A DNA stretch of 64,000 nt. Origin: a phage. Below the pieces are notes generated by a model, which was given only the letters and a program-made list of their open reading frames with translations, was not told the DNA's origin and did not search any database. The DNA lies in the sequence record PQ724392.1; one strand, 5' to 3'. Positions 9,211 to 19,093 of the stretch are shown piece by piece; the first letter of the stretch is position 1, and every line of letters starts with the position of its first letter. The position numbers and the translations under genes were made by a program.

Positions 9211-12200
9211 ATGGCTACTTTAAAACAAATACAATTTAAAAGAAGTAAGGTTGCCGGCGTTCGTCCGGCGCCAACAGTTCTTGCTGAAGGTGAACTGGCT
9301 ATCAACCTGAAAGACCGCTTACTTTTTACTAAAGATGACACCGGCGCCATTATCGACCTTGGTTTTGCCAAAGGCGGTAATATTGATGGTAATGTTATTC
9401 ATAACGGTAATTACAATCAAACTGGTGATTATACTCTTAACGGTGTATTTACTCAAATTGGTGATTTCAATCTCAATGGCATTGCTCGTGTAACTCGTGA
9501 TATTATTGCGGCAGGTCAGATAATGACCCACGGTGGTGAACTTATTTCTAAGAGTGCCTCAACTTCTCACCTTCGTTTCTTTGATGGCAATGACCGTGAA
9601 CGTGGCATTATCTTTTCTCCTAATAATGCAGGGGCAACCAACCAAGTAGTTAATATTCGTGTACAAGATTATTCTACCGCAAGCGAAAGCACTTATGCAT
9701 TTTCAGGCGCCGGTGTATTTTCTTCTCCTGTAGTTTTTGGATGGAAATCTGTATCAACTCCCGTAATTTATACTAATAAAGTTATTACAAATGGTAAAGT
9801 TGCCGGCGATTATGATATCTATTCATTGGCCGATAATACCCCATTGGCAGAAAGTGAAACAGCTATTAACCATCTCCGTGTTATGCGAAATGCTGTAGGC
9901 GCGGGTATATTTCACGAAGTTAAAGATAATGACGGAATAACCTGGTATGCTGGAGATGGATTGGACGCTTATCTTTGGTCATTTACATGGTCAGGTGGAT
10001 TGAAAGCCGGTCATTCTATTTCCGTAGGCACCCCAGGTAACTCTAAAGGATATTCTGAATTAGGAAATGCTTCAATTGCTCTTGGCGATAATGACACCGG
10101 GCTAAAATGGCATCAGGATGGATATTTCCATACAGTAAACAACGGCACGAGAACTTTCCTGTACAGCCCAGCAGAAACCACCAGTCTTAGAAAAATGGTT
10201 ATGGGGTATTCTACTAACGGAACCGATTTAACTACTCCTCCTACTGAAAACTATGCTCTTGCTACTGTTGTTACTTACCATGATAATAACGCGTACGGTG
10301 ACGGTCAAACTCTTTTAGGGTATTATCAAGGCGGTAATTATCACCACTATTTCCGTGGTAAGGGCACTACAAACGTTAACACCGCTGGCGGTTTGTTAGT
10401 TACGCCTGGTAATATAGATGTTGTTGGTGGTTCGGTTAATATTGATGGTAGAAATAATGCTTCTACGCTGATGTTTAGAGGTAACACAACTGGTAGTAGT
10501 TCAGTTGATAATATGACTATCAGCGTTTGGGGTAATACCTTTACTACTGTCGATGGCGACCGTAAAAACGTAATGGAAATATCTGATGCCACCAGCTGGA
10601 TGCATTATATTCAGCGTAAGACTGATAATACCGTTGAGGCCGTATTAAATGGACAACAAACTATTAACGAAAATCTTGTTGTCAAAAAAGATATTTTAGT
10701 TGATAAGGCGGTCCACACCGCCGGCGAAATTACTACAAGTGCCGTTAATGGGCTCCGCATCTGGAACAACGATTATGGAGCCATTTTTAGACGCTCAGAA
10801 GGCAGTCTTCATATTATTCCTACTGCATTCGGTGAAGGCATGTCCGGCGATATTGGTCCACTTCGCCCGTTTAGCATGGCTTTAGATACTGGTAAAGTCA
10901 CTATTCCAGATTTACAATCAAGTTACAATACGTTCGCAGCAAACGGTTATATTAAATTTACTGGTCACGGAGCAGGCGCCGGCGGTTATGATATTCAATA
11001 TGCACAAGCAGCTCCTATTTTCCAAGAAATTGATGATGCAGCAGTAAGTAAATATTATCCTATTGTTAAGCAGAAATTCTTACAAGGAAAAGCTGTTTGG
11101 TCTTTAGGTACTGAAATTAATTCCGGGACTTTTGTTTTACACCATCTTAAAGAAGACGGGACCGGAGGTCATACCTCAAGATTTAATGCTGATGGTACAG
11201 TTAACTTCCCCGATAACGTGCAGGTTGGTGGTGGTGAAGCTACTATTGCTCGAAACGGTAATATCTGGTCCGATATTTGGAAAACGTTTACTTCAGCAGG
11301 CGATGTAACTAATATTCGCGATGCTATTGCCTCCCGTGTGGCCAAAGAAGGTGATACGATGACCGGCCGCTTAACTCTTAATGCAAACTCGGATGCTATT
11401 GTTATTAACAGTGCTGCAACCGAATCTGGTTATGTGAAAGGACAAAAAGCTGGTGTTGATAACTGGTATGTAGGCAATGGCGGCGCTGATAACGCCCTAT
11501 CGTTTTATAGTTTCCGAACTAATTCAGGCGTTAATATTCATAATAGTGGGGAAATTGCTTTAGCTCCTCAAGGGTCGGATACTTTTTATTTTAATAGGGA
11601 CCGTCTTTATATAAAGGGTTCACAATGGGCCGCACACCAGGCTGGCGATTGGGGAAACCAATGGAAGCAAGAAGCCCCTGTGTTTGTAGATTTTGGTAAT
11701 GTTGGTAATGATAGTTATTATCCGATTATCAAAGGAAAATCTGGTATTACTAACGAAGGATACGTATCCGGTGTAGATTTTGGTATGCGCCGCATCACAA
11801 ATACATGGGCGCAAGGTATTATTCGTGTAGGTAACCAGGAAAACGGTTCTGACCCGCAAGCTATCTATGAATTCCACTCTAATGGTACTTTTTATGCTCC
11901 GAGCTTACTTAAGAGCAACAGAGTATCGGCTGGCGGTGGTGACCCTGTATGGGGTGGACCGTGTATCGTTATAGGTGATAACGATACCGGTTTGCTCTGG
12001 GAAGCGGACGGTATTTTCAACGCATATGCAAATGGTCAAGGGGTGTTTAGTTTTAGAGCCGGACTTGCCCAGACATTTGGTAACGTTAACTTACACTGTA
12101 ATGCGGGTATGTATGTTCGTGATAACATTGATGTTAACGACGTTTATATTCGTTCTGATATTCGTTGTAAGTCGGAAATTAAGCTTATTAAGAATGCTCA

Positions 12201-12471
12201 AGAGAAATCTAAACTCTTAGGTGGTTATACTTATCTGCTTAAAAACTCTGTCACAGATGAAGTTAAACCGTCTGCCGGTTTAATTGCTCAGGAAGTTCAA
12301 GAAGTATTGCCTGAACTTGTGACTGAAGATAAAGAGACTGGCTTACTTCGTTTAAACTATAACGGTATTATCGGTTTAAATACTGCTACTATCAACGAGC
12401 ATACTGATGAAATCAAGGAATTGAAATCTGAAATTGCTGAGTTGAAAGCATTAATTAAATCATTATTATAA
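9211..12471 (+). CDS. 37: long tail fibre distal subunit gp37 with C-terminal intramolecular chaperone (peptidase S74-like) domain
   Basis: 1086-aa ORF; N-terminus [32 protein letters not shown] matches recalled T4 gp37; C-terminus [12 protein letters not shown]...[15 protein letters not shown]...LNYNGIIGL resembles the autoproteolytic chaperone domain of endosialidase-type fibres. Confidence 0.9.
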   Translation: MATLKQIQFKRSKVAGVRPAPTVLAEGELAINLKDRLLFTKDDTGAIIDLGFAKGGNIDGNVIHNGNYNQTGDYTLNGVFTQIGDFNLNGIARVTRDIIAAGQIMTHGGELISKSASTSHLRFFDGNDRERGIIFSPNNAGATNQVVNIRVQDYSTASESTYAFSGAGVFSSPVVFGWKSVSTPVIYTNKVITNGKVAGDYDIYSLADNTPLAESETAINHLRVMRNAVGAGIFHEVKDNDGITWYAGDGLDAYLWSFTWSGGLKAGHSISVGTPGNSKGYSELGNASIALGDNDTGLKWHQDGYFHTVNNGTRTFLYSPAETTSLRKMVMGYSTNGTDLTTPPTENYALATVVTYHDNNAYGDGQTLLGYYQGGNYHHYFRGKGTTNVNTAGGLLVTPGNIDVVGGSVNIDGRNNASTLMFRGNTTGSSSVDNMTISVWGNTFTTVDGDRKNVMEISDATSWMHYIQRKTDNTVEAVLNGQQTINENLVVKKDILVDKAVHTAGEITTSAVNGLRIWNNDYGAIFRRSEGSLHIIPTAFGEGMSGDIGPLRPFSMALDTGKVTIPDLQSSYNTFAANGYIKFTGHGAGAGGYDIQYAQAAPIFQEIDDAAVSKYYPIVKQKFLQGKAVWSLGTEINSGTFVLHHLKEDGTGGHTSRFNADGTVNFPDNVQVGGGEATIARNGNIWSDIWKTFTSAGDVTNIRDAIASRVAKEGDTMTGRLTLNANSDAIVINSAATESGYVKGQKAGVDNWYVGNGGADNALSFYSFRTNSGVNIHNSGEIALAPQGSDTFYFNRDRLYIKGSQWAAHQAGDWGNQWKQEAPVFVDFGNVGNDSYYPIIKGKSGITNEGYVSGVDFGMRRITNTWAQGIIRVGNQENGSDPQAIYEFHSNGTFYAPSLLKSNRVSAGGGDPVWGGPCIVIGDNDTGLLWEADGIFNAYANGQGVFSFRAGLAQTFGNVNLHCNAGMYVRDNIDVNDVYIRSDIRCKSEIKLIKNAQEKSKLLGGYTYLLKNSVTDEVKPSAGLIAQEVQEVLPELVTEDKETGLLRLNYNGIIGLNTATINEHTDEIKELKSEIAELKALIKSLL

Positions 12472-12474
12472 GAA

Positions 12475-12490
12475 AGGGCCTTCGGGCCCT
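12475..12490 (+). promoter_or_regulatory. UUCG-tetraloop hairpin in the 29-nt 37-38 intergenic spacer
   Basis: AGGGCC-TTCG-GGCCCT immediately followed by GGAGG (SD of gene 38) and TTTTT. Confidence 0.5.
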
Positions 12491-12500
12491 GGAGGTTTTT

Positions 12501-13280
12501 ATGGCAGTAGTAGGAATTCCTGGCTGGATTGGGACATCAGCAGTGGCTGAAACAGGTCAACGTTGGATGACAGCAGCTTCTAGAGAATTGCGTCTTGGTA
12601 ACCCATCTTGGATGTCGCAATTTGCTGGTCGGTCCCGTGAGATTATTCACACACTTGGAGCTGACCATAACTTTAATGGACAATGGTTCCGCGACCGTTG
12701 TTTTGAAGCCGGCGGTGCTCCTATAGTGTTTAATATCACAGGCAACTTAGTATCATATACTAAAGATGTTCCGTTGTTCTTTATGTACGGTGATACCCCT
12801 AACGAATATGTTACTTTGAATATTCATGGTGGTGTTCATATGTGGGGCCGAGGTGGCAACGGTACAGTAAATGGAAGCCCAGGCACTAATGGTGGTGACG
12901 TAATCCAAAATGATATTGGTGGACGACTTCGCATTTGGAATTATGGTGTGATAGCCTCCGGTGGTGGTGGCGGCGGTGCCGCATCATTACAGAATAGTTG
13001 GCCTGCAAATGCTACAGCAGGTGGCGGTGGCGGCAGACCATTTGGTCTCGGCGGCGGTGGTGTTAATTGGCCAGGCGGCAATGCTAGTTATGATGGTCCA
13101 GGTGGCGGTGGTAATGCAAACCAATTTGGCGGTGGCAATGGCGGTGATGCTGGTGGCGCTGGTGGCGCTGGATGGGGTAATAACTTATCCAGGTCGGGTG
13201 GTGGTGCTCCTGGTAGAGCAGTATTCGGTTCCTCCCCATCATGGGGCGCGACAGGCACTATCTACGGCTCATGGTTATAG
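12501..13280 (+). CDS. 38: tail fibre adhesin gp38 (T2-type, glycine-rich motifs)
   Basis: 259-aa ORF immediately after gp37; conserved N-terminal half followed by runs of GGGGG separated by short variable segments, as in T2-type gp38 adhesins. Confidence 0.8.
   Translation: MAVVGIPGWIGTSAVAETGQRWMTAASRELRLGNPSWMSQFAGRSREIIHTLGADHNFNGQWFRDRCFEAGGAPIVFNITGNLVSYTKDVPLFFMYGDTPNEYVTLNIHGGVHMWGRGGNGTVNGSPGTNGGDVIQNDIGGRLRIWNYGVIASGGGGGGAASLQNSWPANATAGGGGGRPFGLGGGGVNWPGGNASYDGPGGGGNANQFGGGNGGDAGGAGGAGWGNNLSRSGGGAPGRAVFGSSPSWGATGTIYGSWL
12957..13215 (+). repeat. glycine-rich motif repeats in gp38 (GGN-codon tracts)
   Basis: at least six runs of ggtggcggtgg-type sequence encoding GGGG(G) blocks separated by short variable segments. 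Confidence 0.7.
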
Positions 13281-13291
13281 TACATAAGCAT

Positions 13292-13299
13292 TATAAATA
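13292..13299 (+). promoter_or_regulatory. late promoter (TATAAATA) for holin t
   Basis: exact TATAAATA ~18 nt upstream of the t ATG. Confidence 0.65.
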
Positions 13300-13317
13300 T
13301 CTTTAAAGGAGAAAAGT

Positions 13318-13971
13318 ATGGAACCAAAAGTAGGAATATCAATACCCGACCTACTTTTTGGACTTCTTGATAGAATTTTTAAAGATAATGCGACCGGGAA
13401 AGTTGTTTTTTCCCGGGTACTAGTTATTGTTCTATTATTTTTAATGGCGGTAATCTGGTATAAAGGTGATGCAATTTTAGATGCGTACAGGGATGCTTCA
13501 TACGCCTCGTACACTGAAATGATAAGGCAAGACCAGGATAACAGATTTAAAATTGCAGCTATCGAGCAAATCCAGATAGTCCACTCGTCAAGTGGGGCAG
13601 ACTTTACAGCAATATATTCTTTTAGACCAACTAACCTTAACTACTTCGTGGATATGGTGGGATACGAGGGGATATTACCTGATACAGTCGATGAAAAAAA
13701 CTTGGGTGGGTTTCCAATAGATAAGACTTCAGCGGAATATTTGGCGGGGGTTAATGGTAATTATTTCGAATCCAGTACGGAATCTGTATTCTTACCAACA
13801 AAGAAAAAAAGCAGCTTTACATATATGTTCAGCTGCCCATTCTTTAATTTGGAAAACGTTTATGCAGGCACAGTCTCACTGTACTGGTATAAGCAAAAAC
13901 CCGACCTTGGTTTTGATAGGCTTTCTTCTATGTGTGGACAAGCAGGTCGTACGCTTGGGCGTACACGTTAG
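13318..13971 (+). CDS. t: holin T
   Basis: 217-aa ORF; DLLFGLLDRIFKDNATGKV, single N-terminal TM segment and FSCPFFNLENVYAGT.SLYWY match recalled T4 holin (218 aa); late promoter TATAAATA ~20 nt upstream. Confidence 0.9.
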   Translation: MEPKVGISIPDLLFGLLDRIFKDNATGKVVFSRVLVIVLLFLMAVIWYKGDAILDAYRDASYASYTEMIRQDQDNRFKIAAIEQIQIVHSSSGADFTAIYSFRPTNLNYFVDMVGYEGILPDTVDEKNLGGFPIDKTSAEYLAGVNGNYFESSTESVFLPTKKKSSFTYMFSCPFFNLENVYAGTVSLYWYKQKPDLGFDRLSSMCGQAGRTLGRTR

Positions 13972-14243
13972 AATCCGGAGGTATACATCATAAGATAACG
14001 GTGTATATCTTCGAATCCTTCGTTAAATTGTTCAATGATTTGTTCAATTTCATCTTCAGATAAACTTTTAAACAACTTGTTAAACGATACATTGTTTAAC
14101 TCATTCCCATTCTCATTTCTCAATCCCAACTCATTCAAAAACGCGATAAACACATCACGCTTCATCGTAATATCTTCCCGGTCGGTTTTAATCAAAATTG
14201 AAGTTATAGTAACAATTTCAGAAACGATTTCAAATTTAGTCAT
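13968..14243 (-). CDS. asiA: anti-sigma70 factor AsiA
   Basis: 91-aa ORF; ..VSEIVTITSILIK..REDI....FIAFLNE.G........N..SF.K...L..........FNEGFE...RYL.MYT matches recalled T4 AsiA (90 aa); convergent with t. Confidence 0.9.
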   Translation of the reverse strand: MTKFEIVSEIVTITSILIKTDREDITMKRDVFIAFLNELGLRNENGNELNNVSFNKLFKSLSEDEIEQIIEQFNEGFEDIHRYLMMYTSGF

Positions 14244-14292
14244 TTTAATTTACTCAAGTATTCAATAAGACATTCAATTATTCAGTAAGGGT

Positions 14293-14321
14293 ATTATACT
14301 ATTATTCCTCTGGGTTGTACA
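14293..14321 (-). promoter_or_regulatory. T4-type early promoter upstream of asiA
   Basis: minus strand TGTACA - 17 nt - TATAAT. Confidence 0.5.
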
Positions 14322-14466
14322 CATGATTTTCCATCTGTACAACATATTCCTGATACATCTGTTCAACTGGTTCCTGGAACTTAAAATCAGCTCCAAGGAA
14401 TTCCTCAAAGCAAGCCTGCTCGTGCGTACGTTGGCCGGTGATGGTGTTCTCTAAGTTATGACTCAT
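14302..14466 (-). CDS. small hypothetical protein (54 aa)
   Basis: ATG-initiated ORF below the 60-aa track cut-off, co-oriented between asiA and arn; hand-translated (MSHNLENTITGQRTHEQ...). Confidence 0.3.
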   Translation of the reverse strand: MSHNLENTITGQRTHEQACFEEFLGADFKFQEPVEQMYQEYVVQMENHVYNPEE

Positions 14467-14555
14467 AATGATTCCCTTTGTGCTTCTGCTTACGTTTGGA
14501 CTGCATTTTGGTTTTCTTCTTGTCCTTATGGACAGACGCCTTATTGAAATCGTGC

Positions 14556-14834
14556 TTAGCTACCAGATTGTTCATGCAATTTCCTTAATTGATATTCAAG
14601 AGAACTGATAATTTCTTTATTAGTTGCAATATACATATCACGTAGGAAGGGTTTCAGACCTTCTCTAACTCTATACGTGTTATCACTAATATCCTTTATA
14701 TATTCATGGTCTAAAGCATCCCAAGCCGGCTGGTTAACATAAGTTCCCCAGTTATCTTCCATCATAGTGTTCAGACGTTTGATATGATTGATATGGGTTT
14801 CGATTGCATCAATCTGGAGTTGTTTAAGGTTCAT
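14556..14834 (-). CDS. arn: anti-restriction nuclease Arn-like protein
   Basis: 92-aa ORF at the T4 arn position (asiA-arn-...-motA); same length as T4 Arn and similar PAWDALD.EYI.D / KPFL.DMYIA.NK segments from memory. Confidence 0.65.
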   Translation of the reverse strand: MNLKQLQIDAIETHINHIKRLNTMMEDNWGTYVNQPAWDALDHEYIKDISDNTYRVREGLKPFLRDMYIATNKEIISSLEYQLRKLHEQSGS

Positions 14835-15445
14835 TAATAAAGGTCCTCTGAATAAAGTTCTTTTTCACTACCGCCACGTTCAATACGCACTTGATTTGCA
14901 TAAGTCGCAATAATCATTGCTTCTTCGCGGGTCCAGTAATTGCTGTACTGGTCAATGAATCCTTGATTATCACCACAAACATGGTCTGACACAAGTTTAT
15001 CACTTACTTGGTCAAGCACTTCTGCCATATCCTTGGAATAATGTCTGGCACCAGGAATAACCAGAGTCCCACCATCTTTTAACTTAAATCGGTTGGCGGC
15101 ACATACAATCCGTCGCTGATATTTTTCATTGTTATTCCAATGCGCAATCTGCCAACAGATTTCCGGGACTTCTTCCAGAATATCTTTTTCATCGCATGTG
15201 TATCCATGTGCTTTAAATTTTTCAGCGAGGCTTTTGGGGGTTTCACGCGATTCTGGTGCTGGTAACATTTCTAAACGAGTGATAAACGGATTCATTTCAC
15301 AATTACCTTCTTCATTATATTCGGTGTAATCACCGTATGCATGTAATTTAGCAGCGAGACTTTCAGGAGTCTCCCGAGAAAGAGCTTTATCTAACAAGGC
15401 CATACGGTCTTTAAAGGATAATGCTTTACCTTTTAATGGATTCAT
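14834..15445 (-). CDS. hypothetical protein with an internal tandem ~25-aa repeat
   Basis: 203-aa ORF; repeated segment [20 protein letters not shown] / [19 protein letters not shown]; no recognisable catalytic motif. Confidence 0.5.
   Translation of the reverse strand: MNPLKGKALSFKDRMALLDKALSRETPESLAAKLHAYGDYTEYNEEGNCEMNPFITRLEMLPAPESRETPKSLAEKFKAHGYTCDEKDILEEVPEICWQIAHWNNNEKYQRRIVCAANRFKLKDGGTLVIPGARHYSKDMAEVLDQVSDKLVSDHVCGDNQGFIDQYSNYWTREEAMIIATYANQVRIERGGSEKELYSEDLY
15196..15393 (-). repeat. imperfect tandem duplication inside ORF 14834-15445
   Basis: two ~60-nt segments sharing cagcgag(g/a)ctt...(t/c)c(a/c)cg(c/a)ga and encoding the ESRETP.SLA.K..A.G.YT peptide repeat. Confidence 0.45.
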
Positions 15446-15789
15446 TTGAAAATCACCTTATAACCGTTATCTTTAGCGAATTCTTGAATTTTAGCGGCGG
15501 TTTCAATTAAATCACCTTTATAATAGGATGATAATTTAATATCAACTGTTTTGCCTTCGCCATACGAAGTTATATTCACTTTTTCCGTAAAAATAAGCTC
15601 AAGAAATCGCAATAGCTGCATACCAAATTCAAGAGTAACATTATCAATCTGGAGGTTAAGTTGATAAGTTTTCTTAATACCATTCACCAGGGCACAGCGC
15701 TCATCCCAAGCGTTACGTTGTTCTTCAATCAATTTAAGGGAATGACCTTCGCCATCCCAATTTAGTTCCATAGGAATCATTTGAACCAA
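15442..15789 (-). CDS. hypothetical protein
   Basis: 115-aa ORF, co-oriented and overlapping neighbours by a few nt (operon packing). Confidence 0.45.
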   Translation of the reverse strand: MVQMIPMELNWDGEGHSLKLIEEQRNAWDERCALVNGIKKTYQLNLQIDNVTLEFGMQLLRFLELIFTEKVNITSYGEGKTVDIKLSSYYKGDLIETAAKIQEFAKDNGYKVIFK

Positions 15790-16109
15790 CCTTTAACACG
15801 TTGCCACAGACTTTTCTGTTGAGCTTTATTAACACCAATTGAGCGAATAACTGGTTGTGATTCCAGGTATTCTTTATAGTCAGCTTTATAGACTTCATAT
15901 GCTGCTGGAACAAAGGCCCCAATCGCCGCCATGAAGTTCTTGCGAGCACCAAATGGAGCTACTGCATCATCCTGGCGATGGATAAGATACTGACCAGCTT
16001 TGACCTTGACAATAGTCCCAAGGTAAGCGCCATGATACCAAACATCCCAACCCTCTTGAGTAGGTTCTACGCAAGCACGCAATTCATTAACAATATTCAG
16101 CTTATTCAT
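15777..16109 (-). CDS. hypothetical protein
   Basis: 110-aa ORF between arn region and motA; no motif recognised. Confidence 0.45.
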   Translation of the reverse strand: MNKLNIVNELRACVEPTQEGWDVWYHGAYLGTIVKVKAGQYLIHRQDDAVAPFGARKNFMAAIGAFVPAAYEVYKADYKEYLESQPVIRSIGVNKAQQKSLWQRVKGWFK

Positions 16110-16116
16110 AATTTCC

Positions 16117-16725
16117 TCACTTTAAGATGTTAATAACATGTTGAATGTTTTCAGTTGACATATGATTGTCAATGTAGGTATTCAATCCACCTACTTTAAC
16201 GCTAAATCCCACGTCTGTAAACTGTTTTACTATCTTTTGTTCAGTATTATACGCATGCACACGAATCTGACCATCACGACGTACATCAATCTGTTTTAAT
16301 GTCTTGATACGCTTGAACTTCACAATCAGATTGCTGCGGTCTTCTGAAATGCTCTTAAAGTCAATACCAATAGACAATAATTGCTCTTTGATATATTCTG
16401 CAGTCGCTTCCATTTCATCAGTCACACCGCGTTTTGTTCTTGTCTTCTTCACTTCCAGAAGGTCAGGATTATTTTCATTCGCCCACAGTTCAGCTGCATC
16501 CAGAATAAGGTCAACACCTTTTTCTGTAACCATCAAACCATCACCAGAAGCTTCAACATAGTTGTTATTCAACAATGTCTGCACGCTATCAATTGACGTG
16601 TTCTGCTGGCCTAAAACAACCTCAGGACGCACGAAGTTGTTTTTGTATACAAACACCAGAGCATTAACATCAGTCTCATGTAGAGCGTTCTGGGAGCATT
16701 TAACGATATAATTTAGCTTGTTCAT
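16117..16725 (-). CDS. motA: middle-promoter transcription activator MotA
   Basis: 202-aa ORF; SGDGL..TEKG.D.I..AAELWA.EN.P.LL..KK.T.K and C-terminal KQFTDVGFS.K...... resemble recalled T4 MotA (211 aa); synteny. Confidence 0.85.
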   Translation of the reverse strand: MNKLNYIVKCSQNALHETDVNALVFVYKNNFVRPEVVLGQQNTSIDSVQTLLNNNYVEASGDGLMVTEKGVDLILDAAELWANENNPDLLEVKKTRTKRGVTDEMEATAEYIKEQLLSIGIDFKSISEDRSNLIVKFKRIKTLKQIDVRRDGQIRVHAYNTEQKIVKQFTDVGFSVKVGGLNTYIDNHMSTENIQHVINILK

Positions 16726-16727
16726 AA

Positions 16728-16955
16728 TTATCCCTTAATAGATTTCATGTAATTTGATGCATATGATTGTACCACAGTACGTTTCATATGGGAAGTAGAA
16801 ACAATAACATCAATCGCTTGTTTACGTTCTTCTTTAGAATTCGCCAGTTTGAACATGTCAAAGTAATAATAGCAAGCTTCTTTATTAGATTTGAATTTAG
16901 CGTTAATGTATTCTTGACCTTCATTCTGTTGTGCAGTAAACATTTTATTCTCCAA
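16728..16955 (-). CDS. hypothetical protein
   Basis: 75-aa ORF downstream of an early promoter (16993-17021). Confidence 0.45.
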   Translation of the reverse strand: MENKMFTAQQNEGQEYINAKFKSNKEACYYYFDMFKLANSKEERKQAIDVIVSTSHMKRTVVQSYASNYMKSIKG

Positions 16956-16992
16956 AGTTTTTGTGATTCAGTTTGTAACTCAGTATGGAATC

Positions 16993-17021
16993 ATTATGCA
17001 TCAGGTCAAGGGTCATGTACA
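16993..17021 (-). promoter_or_regulatory. T4-type early promoter
   Basis: minus strand AAAAAGTAGTGTACA - 17 nt - CATAAT. Confidence 0.5.
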
Positions 17022-17040
17022 CTACTTTTTTAAAATATTT

Positions 17041-17068
17041 TAAAATAAAAAGGACCCCGAAGGGTCCT
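17041..17068 (-). terminator. rho-independent terminator after gene 52 and its trailing small ORF
   Basis: minus strand GGACCC-TTCG-GGGTCC followed by TTTTTATTTT. Confidence 0.7.
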
Positions 17069-17165
17069 AGTCTTTATCTATCTTATTACCAATAAACATA
17101 CCAACAATCACACCTGCGATTGCCGCGAAAATACAAAGCAATGCAAACTCAACTCCAAAACTCAT
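17067..17165 (-). CDS. small hydrophobic peptide (32 aa)
   Basis: ATG overlaps gene 52 stop (ATGA); hand-translated MSFGVEFALLCIFAAIAGVIVGMFIGNKIDKD; ends in the terminator hairpin. Confidence 0.3.
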   Translation of the reverse strand: MSFGVEFALLCIFAAIAGVIVGMFIGNKIDKD

Positions 17166-18541
17166 AGAGCCTCCAAATCATTAAGGTACTCAGTTTTAAC
17201 GTCGGTTGTCTTCCAGTACTCATGCTCAGCTTTCTTAGCCTTAGCTTCGTCCGCAAGCTTCTTAGCTTCATCAGAGGTCATATGGTAGATGTTCATCGCC
17301 ACTAACTTCTCTGCATAATCGCCATATATTTCACTCGCCTGGAGCTCCTCAATCAACTTCTTACGAGGTTTCCCCTGGATAACAACCTTACCATCAATCA
17401 CTTCTTTAATAAAGAAGACTTTTGCCCGGGCCAGTTTAAATGCCGCTTCAGTTTCTTTAATCTTACTGTCAATTCGCACTTGAACATAGGTCTTACGGAC
17501 ATCAACGAAATCGCGAATCAGGTCAAGCGTGTTGGTGTATTCAGCTAATTTGCCTTTGTGATTAAGCACAGTTAAGTTCTGGGAGAGTTTCTCAATCAGA
17601 CCAAAGTCTTTCATGATTTTCTCATGATTCTCTTCTTCAGTGCCATCCAACTTGTATTCTTTGCGGAATTTAATCTTAAACCCAAAACCATGCTCGCCGC
17701 AGTTATCTTTCCAGGTGATAAAACCTTTCTCTTCCAGTGGGTCCAGGATTTTACTTGTATATTTTTCCAGGTTCCATTGGACCGGGATTTCAGTAATTTC
17801 CATTTGAGTCCTTGAGGTCATTTTGTATGTGCCGTGAAGCTCATACTTACCAGGCTCTTCCAGCTCAACAACTTTACCACGGAATTCTGGATATTTTACT
17901 TTCGGAGCAATCGGCTCACGACCTTCCACGATAGCTTTAACAGCTTCCTTGACGTCCTGGAACGAATGAGGAAGGATATCAGTAGCAAAGCCAACAGCAA
18001 TCCCAGAAGTGGCATTAAGTAATACAGTAGGAATAACAGGAAGATAAAAAGCAGGAGGCTTATGTTCTTCATCAGGATGGGCCGGAGCATATTCTGTATC
18101 CTTAAACAAGTTGTAAAAGTTCTTTGAAACCCTTGCAAATACATAACGAGCTGATGATGCTTCTGGCACCATTCTGGAACCAAAGTTACCTTGCCCATCA
18201 AACATGGGATATTCATTTTTATATGTTGCAACCAGACCAGAAGTTGCTTCTTCCGCTGATGCTTCACCATGGTGATAACCATAATCAGCTACGCCCCCTG
18301 CGATGGATGCAACCTTATGGAATTTATTTTTATCACCACGAGCCAGGTCTAATGCTCTCGCCATAACAAATCTGTGAACTGGTTTAAAACCATCAATCAT
18401 GTTTGGGATGGCACGACCTTCCACAGTGTAGATAGCATATGACAATGCTTCCACATCAATAATGTCTTTTAGACTGCGTGGGTTAAGGGTCCCCATGGAA
18501 TCACTGAACTGTTTGGACATCATACTTAAAACGTCAGACAT
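17162..18541 (-). CDS. 52: DNA topoisomerase II medium subunit gp52 (GyrA-like)
   Basis: 459-aa ORF; NMIDGFKPVHRFV..RALDLARG, IAGGVADYGYHHGE, YVFARVSKNFYN match recalled T4 gp52 and type IIA topoisomerase A-subunit motifs. Confidence 0.9.
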   Translation of the reverse strand: MSDVLSMMSKQFSDSMGTLNPRSLKDIIDVEALSYAIYTVEGRAIPNMIDGFKPVHRFVMARALDLARGDKNKFHKVASIAGGVADYGYHHGEASAEEATSGLVATYKNEYPMFDGQGNFGSRMVPEASSARYVFARVSKNFYNLFKDTEYAPAHPDEEHKPPAFYLPVIPTVLLNATSGIAVGFATDILPHSFQDVKEAVKAIVEGREPIAPKVKYPEFRGKVVELEEPGKYELHGTYKMTSRTQMEITEIPVQWNLEKYTSKILDPLEEKGFITWKDNCGEHGFGFKIKFRKEYKLDGTEEENHEKIMKDFGLIEKLSQNLTVLNHKGKLAEYTNTLDLIRDFVDVRKTYVQVRIDSKIKETEAAFKLARAKVFFIKEVIDGKVVIQGKPRKKLIEELQASEIYGDYAEKLVAMNIYHMTSDEAKKLADEAKAKKAEHEYWKTTDVKTEYLNDLEAL

Positions 18542-18549
18542 ATATCACC

Positions 18550-18690
18550 TTACCAGATTAACGAATGTACTGCCATTATAGCATCAGAAATAAAAAGCAC
18601 AACCTGCACTAATGCAAACACAACTCCATAATAAAGCGCCACCAATAAGGCAGCAAGGGCTAACGAGTAGCCCAAGATTTTCTTAATCAT
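18550..18690 (-). CDS. small membrane peptide (46 aa)
   Basis: hand-translated ORF MIKKILGYSLALAALLVALYYGVVFALV...; one hydrophobic segment; between 52 and ndd where T4 carries small membrane genes. Confidence 0.3.
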   Translation of the reverse strand: MIKKILGYSLALAALLVALYYGVVFALVQVVLFISDAIMAVHSLIW

Positions 18691-18838
18691 TTTTATCCAA
18701 TAATTTAAATAGTGATAAAACTGCTAATACACCTTGAGCTGTTGACTGCAGAAATACTGAAGTTTCACCAGTTATTAATGTTCCAACAAATAAAAATGAC
18801 CAGCAGAAAAAAGCTACACCATGAACAAATTTATTCAT
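18683..18838 (-). CDS. small membrane peptide (51 aa)
   Basis: ATG with GAGGAAAA Shine-Dalgarno; hand-translated MNKFVHGVAFFCWSFLFVGTLITG... Confidence 0.35.
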   Translation of the reverse strand: MNKFVHGVAFFCWSFLFVGTLITGETSVFLQSTAQGVLAVLSLFKLLDKND

Positions 18839-18918
18839 ATTTTCCTCAAGGACGTCCGAAGACGCCGGTTAATTTCAGATTATGACGATGCCATTGCATC
18901 ACATGTTCGTTATGGAAA

Positions 18919-19092
18919 TTACTCATATATACCACACATTTTGCATAAGCGTTCAAAACAGATATACCCACCACTAAAGCACATAGTAACAGCAACTTTA
19001 TCATTAAATGGAGCACCAAAGGCTATAAAGGCTCCTGTAATAACAAATAGGGCTAAAACAAATAGGTAACCCATTGTAAAGAAATGTCTCAT
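18919..19092 (-). CDS. small membrane protein (57 aa; possibly the ac-position gene)
   Basis: internal ATG of track ORF 18919-19131 placed right after the ndd stop; hydrophobic segment [18 protein letters not shown]; position matches ac/stp of T4 but sequence identity not verifiable. Confidence 0.35.
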   Translation of the reverse strand: MRHFFTMGYLFVLALFVITGAFIAFGAPFNDKVAVTMCFSGGYICFERLCKMCGIYE

Positions 19093-19093
19093 A

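Noticed and set aside
12957-13215. Possible CRISPR-like or simple-repeat array
   Set aside because: The repeats are irregular GGN codon runs inside the gp38 coding frame, with no constant repeat/spacer periodicity and no cas genes; they are protein-coding glycine-rich motifs.
12961-13287. 108-aa alternative-frame ORF (MVVAAVPHH...)
   Set aside because: Out-of-frame reading of the GGN-rich tract inside gene 38; produces Ala/Val-rich low-complexity sequence.
18821-19069. 82-aa plus-strand ORF
   Set aside because: Antisense to the co-oriented small membrane ORFs between 52 and ndd; no promoter or Shine-Dalgarno on that strand.
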